The notes: generated by a model not told the origin, from the letters alone. A stretch of DNA of 48,377 bases from a virus (IMGVR_UViG_3300005323_000009:1-48377); one strand, 5' to 3'. Shown: positions 38,210-46,964, counted from the stretch's first letter. Program-made: numbers and translations.

Positions 38210-38710
38210 TTACGAAATGCCCGGAATCTTGATATTGAGAGCTTTGAGAAGGACTGCTGCGGCTTCTCTTTCCTCTTCAGAGAGGTTCTTGAAGTTCGTT
38301 GCAACGTCCGCAAGAGAGACCTTGGGAGCGGCGGGCTTGCGGATAACCCATTCGCCTTTCTTGAGAGCTTCCCAGACCTTCTGGACGAAGGCTTCTGCTT
38401 CTACAGGGGATTCGGCAGCAGCTGCGGCATCACCCAGTTTGTGACCAACGCCGAATGGGACGAAGTGCTTGCGGATTTCTTCGGGAAGTTCATCGCAGTC
38501 AAAGACCATGGGGCCAGTCCCATCACGGACGGTGATGATGACTTTGCCGGGCTGGCTGGTTAGGTCCTTTTCAAGCTTCTTCGGGCGCTTCGGAACTGTG
38601 GGAACAACGACGTTTTCAGCTTCAACGAGTTCAACAGGCATTTCCATTACTTCAGGCATTTCGCTCATTGTAACATCTCCGGGTTCGAGTTCTTTCTTTT
38701 TACGAGGCAT
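38210..38710 (-). CDS. Hypothetical protein, paralogue of 47210-47845
   Basis: Start MPRKKKE at 38710; 'GVGHKLGDAAA...VWEALKKGEW'. Confidence 0.7.
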   Translation of the reverse strand: MPRKKKELEPGDVTMSEMPEVMEMPVELVEAENVVVPTVPKRPKKLEKDLTSQPGKVIITVRDGTGPMVFDCDELPEEIRKHFVPFGVGHKLGDAAAAAESPVEAEAFVQKVWEALKKGEWVIRKPAAPKVSLADVATNFKNLSEEEREAAAVLLKALNIKIPGIS

Positions 38711-38713
38711 CTT

Positions 38714-38747
38714 CTTTGTGTCCTTTGTGTCCTTTGTGTCCTTTGTG
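38714..38747. repeat. Tandem 9-bp repeat CTTTGTGTC x3.8 over the RBS region
   Basis: Minus strand reads (ACAAAGGAC)n directly upstream of ATG 38710. Confidence 0.85.
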
Positions 38748-38835
38748 AATGACTGTTTTGTTCTCTTTCGGTGATTGTGTTTATGACATGGTTGTGATGG
38801 AACGTCAATGGAAATTTTTCCAGTAGAAAACGGGC

Positions 38836-38854
38836 AAATACACATTGTGTATTT
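38836..38854. repeat. 19-bp palindrome copy 10
   Basis: AAATACACATTGTGTATTT overlapping the stop of 38853-39236. Confidence 0.95.
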
Positions 38855-39236
38855 AATCGGGTTGTGGTTTGAATTCAATCCTCCTTTCTCTGAAGAGATC
38901 GTATGGGAGAAGGTAAGTAATGGGGATGGAAAGGGAAAGGGCTAAAGTCAGCTCTTCCATAACTCCGATGGAGTCAGACCAGTCTTCGAGGCAGAGTACA
39001 GTAAACATATCGCAACGTTTGAGGATGTTGCTGCAATAAGGTTTCCAAAAGTCCCAAGAAAAGGGAAGATTGCAAACCTGGGAGACATCGTGGCAGTGGA
39101 TGACAGGGGAAATGACATGGTAGCCGTAGTGGAAGAGGAAGCCAACTGCGTCACGAACGAGGGAGTAGCCCCAGCAGGAAATGCGGTTGTCAGGGTGGCT
39201 GTAGGGAGAAGCGAGGTAGATAAGGCTGTTAGTCAT
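38853..39236 (-). CDS. DUF1937-like / nucleoside 2-deoxyribosyltransferase-fold protein
   Basis: 'IYLASPYSH', 'SPVIHCH', 'WDFW', 'RCD', 'WSDSIGVMEE'; GGAG RBS. Confidence 0.75.
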   Translation of the reverse strand: MTNSLIYLASPYSHPDNRISCWGYSLVRDAVGFLFHYGYHVISPVIHCHDVSQVCNLPFSWDFWKPYCSNILKRCDMFTVLCLEDWSDSIGVMEELTLALSLSIPITYLLPYDLFRERRIEFKPQPD

Positions 39237-39414
39237 AGATGTCTCCGTCTTCGTCTTCGATGAGGAGGTTTTCGAGTTTGCCTTGGGCAATACCAAAAGT
39301 GTAAAAGGGGCCTTCGTAAATGCCTTTCCAGACGAAGTAGAATCCTGGAACAAGGCCAAGGCAGTTATTCTTTTTTACTTCGAATGGACGCGGGGTGAAT
39401 GGTCTTGTTGACAT
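39229..39414 (-). CDS. Hypothetical protein
   Basis: GAGG RBS; packed ORF. Confidence 0.55.
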   Translation of the reverse strand: MSTRPFTPRPFEVKKNNCLGLVPGFYFVWKGIYEGPFYTFGIAQGKLENLLIEDEDGDIYD

Positions 39415-39418
39415 AGGA

Positions 39419-39799
39419 CTACCTCATCTGTTTAAAAGTTTCGCTCATAGCGTTCATGGATTTCTGACACCAGAGAAGTTTAGCCCTGGCGTTTGTGGCT
39501 GTCTCTATAACAAAGCCGAGTTCTTCGATGAGAGTTTCAAAGTTTGGAAGGTCAGAGCCGCAAATGGCTGGAGTGGCTTGAGTAGGTAGGTAGTAGACAA
39601 CTTGATTGGTACCTGAAAAGGCTTTAATTAACTTCCCTTCCTGGGAAAGGCGATTCATTTCTGAGATGATAGTAGAACGTAACCAAATACATGCGCTGGC
39701 TCGTTCGATGTCATCAATGGTGTATTCCTGTCCTTCCTTTAGAAAAGAAAGGAGCCATGTCTGAAAGCCTCTTTTTCTAGGGTTTGAACTTTCGCTCAT
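39419..39799 (-). CDS. Hypothetical protein, winged-helix-like
   Basis: 'YTIDDIERA...STIISEMNRLSQEGKLIK'. Confidence 0.55.
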   Translation of the reverse strand: MSESSNPRKRGFQTWLLSFLKEGQEYTIDDIERASACIWLRSTIISEMNRLSQEGKLIKAFSGTNQVVYYLPTQATPAICGSDLPNFETLIEELGFVIETATNARAKLLWCQKSMNAMSETFKQMR

Positions 39800-39803
39800 G
39801 ACT

Positions 39804-39977
39804 TTAGTCCTCTGTGGTGTCTTTAAGTGTTTCGATGAAGTGGTTATAAGCAAGGTGGAGGTCACTGGAATCTAAATAAGGGCCGTGGGGATGGTTGTTG
39901 TAGTCGTAGTAATACCACCCAGGTGAAAGGCCTGCTTTACTGCAGGCAGTGCAGTTTGGAACGTAAAATATTCTCAT
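39804..39977 (-). CDS. 57-aa hypothetical protein (not in the ORF track)
   Basis: AAGGAG RBS; MRIFYVPNCTACSKAGLSPGWYYY... Confidence 0.55.
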   Translation of the reverse strand: MRIFYVPNCTACSKAGLSPGWYYYDYNNHPHGPYLDSSDLHLAYNHFIETLKDTTED

Positions 39978-39989
39978 TAAATAACTCCT

Positions 39990-40838
39990 TTAAAAGAGAA
40001 GTTCGTACGCTACAAGGCAGTCGGGGATTTCTTTCGACTTCACAAGGCCGTATTTTACGGTAAGGGTTTTTCCTAAGAGCTGTTTTCGGTTATGCCAGTA
40101 GGTTATTCTCCTTTCTTTTGTGAGTTCGGGACCTGTTCCAACAAAGAAGGAAACTCCGTCGGAACGGATTACTTCAAAGGCGCCAAGCATTCCAGTTGCC
40201 CAGCCAGTTCCCTCCTTGAATCCAACGATAGTGCAGGGTTCTTTTTCAGTTGGTTTGAACTTTAGCATAGCTATAGTGCGCTTTGGAGTATACAAACTTT
40301 GCATAGCACGAATGATTATACCTTCGTATCCTTCGAGGAGATAGCTGTCACATACAGCTTTCCATAAAGAGATGTGCTTAAGCTGATCTTCGAGGATTCT
40401 AACGTGCGGGAGTTCAAGGGAACGAAAATCGTTGAGACGGTTAAGGCGATGGGTCTGTGGAATGTCTGCAGAAAGGTAGTCGAAGATGTGAAACTGAAGT
40501 TCCAGTGTATCGGGGTTTGTATTGTTTCGTTTTCGTGAAAGAGCAGAGTGAATGCGGTTCCTGGGCCAGCCATGGACGTAGATCTCTCCGTCATAGGGTA
40601 GGTGAGGAAAATTTTGAATTTCTTCGGAAATTCGGTTAAGAAATTGGAATTCATTTCCATAGCTAGAGAGGAAGGCAGGCTTAGCAGGGCAACCGTGCCA
40701 TTCGATTCGACAGCGCTCTCCGTTTAGCTTTGGCTGAGTGATACAGATATCTCCAAAGGAATTTTGGAATTTGAGAAGGGTTTTTGGAGACATCTTTTCT
40801 GCTAGTTGAACTCCATTTCGTTCCAGACGAACGGGCAT
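39990..40838 (-). CDS. ATP-dependent DNA ligase
   Basis: Motif I QPKLNGER, YDGEIY, FHIFD, GYEGIIIR, LKFKP; OB domain 'FFVGTG'. Confidence 0.92.
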   Translation of the reverse strand: MPVRLERNGVQLAEKMSPKTLLKFQNSFGDICITQPKLNGERCRIEWHGCPAKPAFLSSYGNEFQFLNRISEEIQNFPHLPYDGEIYVHGWPRNRIHSALSRKRNNTNPDTLELQFHIFDYLSADIPQTHRLNRLNDFRSLELPHVRILEDQLKHISLWKAVCDSYLLEGYEGIIIRAMQSLYTPKRTIAMLKFKPTEKEPCTIVGFKEGTGWATGMLGAFEVIRSDGVSFFVGTGPELTKERRITYWHNRKQLLGKTLTVKYGLVKSKEIPDCLVAYELLF

Positions 40839-40839
40839 T

Positions 40840-41280
40840 TCATGCCTCCTTTTTTATATACGCAGGAAAGAGTTCTTCGATTTCATCATCTGAAAGGGGA
40901 CCTTCAGCTTCTTCAATTTGCTCCTTGGTAAAGCCATCTTCGATCATAAGGCGAAGGCGACGAAGACGATCTACTCCGGGGTCAATGGTTATTCGACTGA
41001 TAGTGCCATCGGCTGATTTAAGGAAGCCGATGAATGGAGTCGCAGCAACGCGCTTTATAAAGACCCAAAAGCGTCCATCTCGGAAGGATTTTCCGGTTAT
41101 GAGATCGGAGGAGCTAACTGGGTCAAGGATTCGAAGAAGTTTTAACTCCTGGTTTAGGCCGTTGAGGTGCATTTGCTGTTCATCTCGTGTTTCTGCTTGG
41201 ATGTAGATTCCATCCCCTACAGAAAGGGTGAGGGCTTCACGGACCCAGAGGTGGTAGATGGATAGGGGAGTAGGGGCCAT
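40840..41280 (-). CDS. Hypothetical protein, paralogue of 42312-42725
   Basis: GAGG RBS; shares 'LSxGDxIxI', 'GxFxxxI', 'ADGxIxxIT', 'RxRLM'. Confidence 0.7.
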   Translation of the reverse strand: MAPTPLSIYHLWVREALTLSVGDGIYIQAETRDEQQMHLNGLNQELKLLRILDPVSSSDLITGKSFRDGRFWVFIKRVAATPFIGFLKSADGTISRITIDPGVDRLRRLRLMIEDGFTKEQIEEAEGPLSDDEIEELFPAYIKKEA

Positions 41281-41284
41281 GAAG

Positions 41285-41863
41285 TTATTCCTCTTTTTTT
41301 ACTGGGGAAGAAAGGGGATGGACTTTTCCAGAACAGGAAGCGATGGAGATGAGCTTTTTTATTAATTCGATCTTGGGAATTCGCTGGAGGTTCTTGAAGC
41401 AACAGTGGCAGGATTTTACCTTCTTGAGTTCGATTTTATCTGGTTTGGTGCTTCCGTCGCAGAAACAGGAACGGGCAACGAGGGAGTGGGTGTGGGGAGA
41501 AAGAAGACTAGGTTGCATGTCGTATAGGATAGTAAAGGTGGTTTGACAAAGGGAACAGGTTTGGGTAAGGGCAAGGATGTAGGGACGGAGCTTTCTTGTA
41601 GGGGGAGTGGAAGTGGGCTTTTTGAGAGACTCTTTGAGGTGGTCACAGATTAGCTCGAAGTCGGCGTCAAGGTTTTTGTTGTTTTTCCGAAGGAGAACAG
41701 GGCGTGGTTCCTCTTCTGGTTTCATACCGAGTTGAATGGCGAGATTCCTGGATTCGTCTGGAAGGGAATCCCAGATGTCTCGGGAGATTATTACGCCTTT
41801 GGAAAGGGAAAAGGAGGGTTTCTTGGGTGGATCGGGAGTTGATTTTGTTTTTGTCCTGGGCAT
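41285..41863 (-). CDS. Hypothetical zinc-finger protein
   Basis: AAGGAG RBS; CSLC...CHCC. Confidence 0.6.
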   Translation of the reverse strand: MPRTKTKSTPDPPKKPSFSLSKGVIISRDIWDSLPDESRNLAIQLGMKPEEEPRPVLLRKNNKNLDADFELICDHLKESLKKPTSTPPTRKLRPYILALTQTCSLCQTTFTILYDMQPSLLSPHTHSLVARSCFCDGSTKPDKIELKKVKSCHCCFKNLQRIPKIELIKKLISIASCSGKVHPLSSPVKKEE

Positions 41864-42226
41864 CTAGTTCTCCTTCTTTGAAGGAATGGAGTTCCAAAGG
41901 CAATCGTCTTTAAGGAAGGGATCGTTCCTTCCGTCGTAGGCGAAGCAAGCTTCTGGGCGATTGTGGTAGCAGTCGCAGCCTTTTGGAGTAAGGTGAGGGC
42001 ATTTATGAGGGATTATAAGGTAGGTGACTCCATCGTGCTGTTTGAGTTTAATCCCCCTAGCACTGTAAAATTCACGAATGTAGAATTGCTGACGGTTGTC
42101 TGAAGGAAGTTGAATTGCAACGTAGATTTGCTTACAGCATTTCTGGCATTTAAGACAAAGAGAGTTTTTCTCTATAGAGTCTTCCTGGATTGCTTTTGAA
42201 ACGGATTCGTAGAGTGTTTTGAGCAT
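41864..42226 (-). CDS. YkgJ-family (CxxCxxCC) Zn/Fe-S cluster protein
   Basis: CLKCQKCC ... CPHLTPKGCDCYHNRPEACFAY. Confidence 0.8.
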   Translation of the reverse strand: MLKTLYESVSKAIQEDSIEKNSLCLKCQKCCKQIYVAIQLPSDNRQQFYIREFYSARGIKLKQHDGVTYLIIPHKCPHLTPKGCDCYHNRPEACFAYDGRNDPFLKDDCLWNSIPSKKEN

Positions 42227-42247
42227 TTAACAGCTCCAAATGTGGGT

Positions 42248-42266
42248 AAATACACATTGTGTATTT
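42248..42266. repeat. 19-bp palindrome copy 11
   Basis: AAATACACATTGTGTATTT. Confidence 0.95.
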
Positions 42267-42302
42267 AGTGGCTTAGGAAGCTGGAAAAGTCCTAAGCCAC
42301 TA
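42266..42302. other. 13-bp perfect stem-loop abutting palindrome 11
   Basis: TAGTGGCTTAGGA-11 nt-TCCTAAGCCACTA. Confidence 0.7.
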
Positions 42303-42311
42303 TGTGAAGGT

Positions 42312-42725
42312 TCATTCTTCTGTTTGATTATCCAACTCCATAAGGCGTTTTCGCCGTTCGTCATCAGGGGAAAGTAGGGGGCATTCAGGAATGGGAATAG
42401 GGGGATTTTCCTCTTCTGAGGGAACCTGGGTAATACATTCGATGGAGCCATCTGCTCGAACGATGAAGGGAGTTGAGATAGGAGGGTTCTTTGTTATCAT
42501 GAGGTAGAATTTTCCATTCAGGGTCTTCTTTTCTGCAGTTATTGCAGAAGCTTCCTGTGTCCCGACGACTTTTTCGTATTTGCGTTTTTGAACGTAGAAG
42601 CGTGTACGAAAGGACTCTCTTTGTGCAGAAGAGGAGAATTCAATGGGGATGGCGTCGCCGGGGGAGAGAGCTACAGCGGCATCGAAGATGCCTTTGACAT
42701 AATTTCCTGTGAATTCAACGGTCAT
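42312..42725 (-). CDS. Hypothetical protein, paralogue of 40840-41280
   Basis: AGGAG RBS; shared motifs as noted for 40840-41280. Confidence 0.7.
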   Translation of the reverse strand: MTVEFTGNYVKGIFDAAVALSPGDAIPIEFSSSAQRESFRTRFYVQKRKYEKVVGTQEASAITAEKKTLNGKFYLMITKNPPISTPFIVRADGSIECITQVPSEEENPPIPIPECPLLSPDDERRKRLMELDNQTEE

Positions 42726-42740
42726 TTTGTTTTAAAGCTC

Positions 42741-42866
42741 CTACTTCAGGTGGGAAAGGCGCCTTTTGATGCAACGGCGCTGGAGGTATATGCGGAAGGT
42801 AAGGCACCAGTAGACGGTAAAGGAGAGGAAAAGCCAGAGGGCGACGTTTTCAAGGAACTCTAGCAT
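42741..42866 (-). CDS. 41-aa single-TM peptide (not in the ORF track)
   Basis: AAGGAG RBS; MLEFLENVALWLFLSFTVYWCLTFRIYLQRRCIKRRLSHLK. Confidence 0.6.
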   Translation of the reverse strand: MLEFLENVALWLFLSFTVYWCLTFRIYLQRRCIKRRLSHLK

Positions 42867-42868
42867 GG

Positions 42869-43093
42869 TTATCTCCTTTTTGGGGGAATTTCATTGAAAG
42901 CGGATTTGAGAGCTGTCATGTGTTCTACCGGAGTTGCACACCATTTGCTACCGTTGTTAAACCACTCTACGAGAAGGAACTCACGCTCTTTGAAAGAAGT
43001 AATACTTTTTGCTACTGTAAGTGCCCAGGAAGCAAGCCCTTCGAGAGAGTGGTCTTTTCGAATCTGGGTTACGCAAGGACATGTTTTAGACAT
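42869..43093 (-). CDS. Hypothetical protein
   Basis: AAGGAG RBS. Confidence 0.6.
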   Translation of the reverse strand: MSKTCPCVTQIRKDHSLEGLASWALTVAKSITSFKEREFLLVEWFNNGSKWCATPVEHMTALKSAFNEIPPKRR

Positions 43094-43107
43094 AGAAAAC
43101 TCCTTCT

Positions 43108-43452
43108 TTAAAAGTCATTTTCTTTCTCTAATGTAGAGTTTAAGGGAACTTCGCAAGCCTCTTCAAATTTATTATGGAACTGGGTTATAGAGATTCCATA
43201 GGCTTTGCAGAGTTTCGTTCGAAGGGAACGGAAATCGTGCCAAGTTCCAGTGAACTTGCAGAAGGAAATGGAAAAGGAGAAGGGGAAGTTGACTCCACCA
43301 GATGGAGGAGTTTTCACTCCTCCGATGATGGAAAGGCATTTGACTGCGTTTGCGCGGTATATCTGAGGGACAGAAATGGAAAGGTCCTGAAATTTGGGCT
43401 TTTCTCTTGGAAAGGTGGTAAAGGACTTTCTTTTTTCAGCATCGTAAGACAT
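43108..43452 (-). CDS. Hypothetical protein
   Basis: AAGGAG RBS. Confidence 0.6.
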   Translation of the reverse strand: MSYDAEKRKSFTTFPREKPKFQDLSISVPQIYRANAVKCLSIIGGVKTPPSGGVNFPFSFSISFCKFTGTWHDFRSLRTKLCKAYGISITQFHNKFEEACEVPLNSTLEKENDF

Positions 43453-43473
43453 GGAAGTCTCCTTCTAGCGAAG

Positions 43474-43683
43474 CTAGGTAAAAGAGGGACCTTTGTGAGT
43501 TAGTTTGTGGATTGCGGAGTGGATTTGTCTGAAGGCGATGGGATTTTCTGCCTGTTTTACATGGTATACGGTTCCGTCAACGCAGTAGATGTTAATTTGT
43601 GTTTCGGCGAAGGCGGCTATTTGAACAGAGAGAAGGTTAACAAGGATGTTGGTTGTGTCGTCTATCTGGACAAAAGGTTTCAT
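43474..43683 (-). CDS. Hypothetical protein
   Basis: AAGGAG RBS. Confidence 0.6.
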   Translation of the reverse strand: MKPFVQIDDTTNILVNLLSVQIAAFAETQINIYCVDGTVYHVKQAENPIAFRQIHSAIHKLTHKGPSFT

Positions 43684-43686
43684 TTG

Positions 43687-43959
43687 TTAGTATCTCCTTC
43701 CTTTCTTGTTTATCCGAGTTATTTTGATTGGCTTTACAACTGCCTGATTCCAAATAACGCCTTTTTTAACAAGGGAAAGGTGGCGACAGGAACCGCGGTA
43801 GGTAAAGCCAGGACAGGAACAGAAGTAACTTTCCTTTTTATTCTGAAGGAAAATCTCTAGAATATAGGGTTCTTGCATTCCTTCATGCCAAATGGAGTAG
43901 GTTCCATCGGGCATTTCTGTTATTACGTAGTCCTCCTGGGGCGTTTTTTCAGAAGACAT
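43687..43959 (-). CDS. SWIM zinc-finger protein
   Basis: YFCSCPGFTYRGSCRH (CxCxnCxH). Confidence 0.75.
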   Translation of the reverse strand: MSSEKTPQEDYVITEMPDGTYSIWHEGMQEPYILEIFLQNKKESYFCSCPGFTYRGSCRHLSLVKKGVIWNQAVVKPIKITRINKKGRRY

Positions 43960-43977
43960 TTAAATGCCTCCTTTCCT

Positions 43978-44166
43978 TTAGGAACAGGTCTTTCCTTCTT
44001 TTTCGAGAACGTTGTTGAGAGCCCTGATTGCGATGGACTTGGATTTTATTCCCTTTGCAAGGGGAATGAGAAGCTTTCCATCGTCCAGACAAATCATGTA
44101 TTCGGTCTTTCCGGTAGCTTCGTTAGTGTAGGGTTCGACTCGATAGTTCTTTCCTTTCTTTTCCAT
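43978..44166 (-). CDS. Hypothetical protein
   Basis: GAGGAG RBS. Confidence 0.55.
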   Translation of the reverse strand: MEKKGKNYRVEPYTNEATGKTEYMICLDDGKLLIPLAKGIKSKSIAIRALNNVLEKEGKTCS

Positions 44167-44494
44167 TCTCACTCTCCTCTTCTTCTTCTGATGGAAGGCA
44201 GTTTACTTCAAGGTGCCATCTGCAACAACCGTTGGAGCGGCAGATAACGCGAGTAGTGCAGAAGGCGTTTTTACAGGAAAACCAAACTTCTTCGGAAAAG
44301 CAGGGTTTTCCGCATTTCTTGCAGAACCACTGGTATTCGCAGAGGAACTCAGGTCCGAAGGAAAGGCGGAAGTTCTTAAAAAGTTCTCCCCTGTTGTCGT
44401 GGCTCTTTGGGTCAGAGCAAAGCTCTGAAGTGGTTGGGTCGGAAACCCAGCCGTCTACAAGGATATTTCCGTAGGTTTTTGAACTTTCTGACAT
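44123..44494 (-). CDS. Hypothetical Cys-rich protein
   Basis: CKKCGKPC...C...C...CRSNGCC. Confidence 0.5.
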   Translation of the reverse strand: MSESSKTYGNILVDGWVSDPTTSELCSDPKSHDNRGELFKNFRLSFGPEFLCEYQWFCKKCGKPCFSEEVWFSCKNAFCTTRVICRSNGCCRWHLEVNCLPSEEEEESENGKERKELSSRTLH

Positions 44495-44497
44495 AGG

Positions 44498-44827
44498 TCA
44501 GACTCCAGAATCTTGGAGAACAGGGGTGTAGATATGGCCGTGAGGTGCAGAGACCCAAAGGATCTTAAAACCACATTCTGGACAGGTGGAATGTTCTACA
44601 ATACAACCACAGTAGCCATCGTCCTTTCTTCCCCTTTCTAGGGAAACCATCTTAAGGCAGGAAATGCAGGTTGTTTTTGTTTCAAAACTATAGAACGGGT
44701 CGATCTTCAGAGGGGATGCGAGAATAGCTTTGATTCTTCCCTCTGTTCGAATAGCTTCGTCGAGGTTAATGGCCTCTGGGCGAAGCTGGTGATATGGATC
44801 ACCTAAATCACCTGGGTTTGACGTCAT
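44498..44827 (-). CDS. Hypothetical zinc-ribbon protein
   Basis: CISC...CGC...CPECG. Confidence 0.55.
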   Translation of the reverse strand: MTSNPGDLGDPYHQLRPEAINLDEAIRTEGRIKAILASPLKIDPFYSFETKTTCISCLKMVSLERGRKDDGYCGCIVEHSTCPECGFKILWVSAPHGHIYTPVLQDSGV

Positions 44828-45179
44828 TTAAAAGTCCTTTCCAGAAGTCCTCTGGAGGTGAGGTGGGTTTGTTTTCTGAAAGAAAACAGGTGGATTCACT
44901 TTCTGTCTTTCTGCAGGCAGAGATGGAATCGATGATAAAGCCGGAGTTACAACGGAGACAGGTTTTGTAGAAGCCGCCTTCAGGGTCACGAAGGTAGATG
45001 TGGCCAAGGCCACAGTCAACGAAGCAGGTTAAAGAGAGCTCGATTATGTGGTCGTATTCGAGGAGGAGAAGGGGCTCTCCCTGTGATTTCCAGAAGACAG
45101 GGGAAGCCCAATGGCTGTTTGAGAACTCTGTCTGGTTTTTGAAGAAGATGATCTTTTTTTCACTTTCTTCAAGTTGCAT
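44808..45179 (-). CDS. Hypothetical zinc-ribbon protein
   Basis: AAGGA RBS; CFVDC...CLRC. Confidence 0.55.
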   Translation of the reverse strand: MQLEESEKKIIFFKNQTEFSNSHWASPVFWKSQGEPLLLLEYDHIIELSLTCFVDCGLGHIYLRDPEGGFYKTCLRCNSGFIIDSISACRKTESESTCFLSENKPTSPPEDFWKGLLNDVKPR

Positions 45180-45200
45180 AAGGAAATGTTCCTTTTGTTT

Positions 45201-45398
45201 TTACCCGAGGTTAAAGCGTAGAAGTCTTGTTCCTTTGGCTGCGTCTTGAAGAACAAGACAAGCACCGTTTTGGTTCCAATACCAGTAAACAATCGTCCCT
45301 TCGTTGTGTTTAATGGTGTAGGTTTTCGAGATGCTGTAGTGAGCCGCAAGGCGGAACATAAATTCGATGTGTCTGGAGTGGATGTTAATTTCTTTCAT
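45201..45398 (-). CDS. Hypothetical protein
   Basis: AAGGAG RBS before ATG 45398. Confidence 0.55.
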   Translation of the reverse strand: MKEINIHSRHIEFMFRLAAHYSISKTYTIKHNEGTIVYWYWNQNGACLVLQDAAKGTRLLRFNLG

Positions 45399-45509
45399 AG
45401 GAAACTCCTTTAGTAAGGGTTTAATGTTTCTGTATTTACCTAAGTACTCAATGACGGCAGTGAATTTGGCTTCACCCACTGCCGCTTTTAGCACTTAGAT
45501 TTTGTGAGT

Positions 45510-45926
45510 TTATTCCTCTTCCTTCGAGTTGTTGTAAACGTTCATATCTACAATTCCGAGAGGAACGACGCGCTTTGCTACAATTACATCGAAATCTTCA
45601 ACATAGGCGCCTGTGTAGAGGCAGGCTAAGTCACCTCGGTGCGGTTCTTTGCAGAGGTGAATTCCAGAGGGGTATTCTTCTAATCTCATACAGCATTGTA
45701 CTATTACATCCTGTACAGCAAGAGTTTCTTTCATGAGAGTGTACGTGGTAACACGGTTAATTGCTTTAAATTCTTTTAAATCCTCACTGTTGCTCAGTCC
45801 GCCCGTTCCATCAGGATTAAAGTACATCCATTCGTTCGTAAAGACATTGGGATCTTCTGTTTTAATAACGTATTTATATCCAATGCCATAGGTGTGGTCT
45901 GTGGGTTTTGCATATTCTAAACACAT
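45510..45926 (-). CDS. Hypothetical protein
   Basis: AAGGAG RBS. Confidence 0.65.
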   Translation of the reverse strand: MCLEYAKPTDHTYGIGYKYVIKTEDPNVFTNEWMYFNPDGTGGLSNSEDLKEFKAINRVTTYTLMKETLAVQDVIVQCCMRLEEYPSGIHLCKEPHRGDLACLYTGAYVEDFDVIVAKRVVPLGIVDMNVYNNSKEEE

Positions 45927-45947
45927 CTTAATTCTCCTTTTCTTTCT

Positions 45948-46361
45948 TTAAAAAGAAACAAAGTGAACGAATTCGTCGTCCTCGAAGCCGTTTTTCTGAA
46001 GCTCTTCCAGTTCGCCTTCAAGGGTTTCGAGAAGGGCGTTTGCGGCAGAGAAGGCATCGCGGATGGCGGAAAGGATGCTGTACTTTCCGTAGAAGGTGAA
46101 ACCGAGGTTCCAGGAAAGTAAGCTTTCGATCATACAGCGTGCATCGTTTACAAGGCCAATCGCAGGAACGAGAGCTTCGTCCCAGTTGGAGTCGATGTAG
46201 AGGCGACTTCGATTGAGCGTATCCCATGCGGTGGAAATGTGGGTAGAGGCGGAAAGGCCGTCTACGGCTTCTTCTACGATGAGGTTGTTTGCCTTGCAGA
46301 GAAGGTCACAACCTTCGTAGAGTTCTTCAATTGCTCGGAGGTGGCTGAGGACAGGATTCAT
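45948..46361 (-). CDS. Hypothetical helical protein
   Basis: AAGGAG RBS. Confidence 0.65.
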   Translation of the reverse strand: MNPVLSHLRAIEELYEGCDLLCKANNLIVEEAVDGLSASTHISTAWDTLNRSRLYIDSNWDEALVPAIGLVNDARCMIESLLSWNLGFTFYGKYSILSAIRDAFSAANALLETLEGELEELQKNGFEDDEFVHFVSF

Positions 46362-46409
46362 CTCTTTCTCCTTTCGTTTTGTTTAGTTTGGTTTGTTTTG
46401 TTTGGGGGT

Positions 46410-46428
46410 AAATACACATTGTGTATTT
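46410..46428. repeat. 19-bp palindrome copy 12
   Basis: AAATACACATTGTGTATTT. Confidence 0.95.
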
Positions 46429-46442
46429 GTGGATTTTCCACT

Positions 46443-46712
46443 TCAAACAGAGACATGCCAGAGGATGTAATCCTCCTGGAAGATCCCAAAAACCCGAGCC
46501 ATGTCTTTTGCTTTAGAGGCAAGACGACGGGCTTCGCCTCCGACGAACTTCCTTGTTTTTCCATTTTTTCTAACTTCAACGCAGAAAAACGCCTTTGTTT
46601 CGTTTCCTTTGAAGAAAACCCTGGAGCCAAGTTCACGCTCTCTCTGGGCAAAGGCAGCTATGCCTTCGCCGAATTTCAACGCCTCGATGGCTACCTCCCG
46701 TTTCGATTGCAT
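46443..46712 (-). CDS. Hypothetical protein
   Basis: AAGGAGG RBS. Confidence 0.65.
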   Translation of the reverse strand: MQSKREVAIEALKFGEGIAAFAQRERELGSRVFFKGNETKAFFCVEVRKNGKTRKFVGGEARRLASKAKDMARVFGIFQEDYILWHVSV

Positions 46713-46787
46713 AGAGAAACCTCCTTTTCTTTTTGGTTAGGTACATCTAAGGGCAGAAATCTGCTTTTGTTTCTGCCCTTAATCTAA

Positions 46788-46964
46788 CTAACCAAGGTTG
46801 AAATAGCCGTAACGAAGAAAAGAGTCTCTTTGAAAGCAGAAAAAGCACCTTTCTCCAGGGAGACCGGAATAGAAGAATTTAACGAAAGTGTTTGTTCCAG
46901 GGATTTGGTAGAACGGGGACACGGCGAATTCTCTTGTGAAAAGGCGTGCTTTTTGAAATTTCAT
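46788..46964 (-). CDS. 58-aa hypothetical protein (not in the ORF track)
   Basis: AAGGAG RBS; MKFQKARLFTREFAVSPFYQIPG... Confidence 0.55.
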   Translation of the reverse strand: MKFQKARLFTREFAVSPFYQIPGTNTFVKFFYSGLPGERCFFCFQRDSFLRYGYFNLG

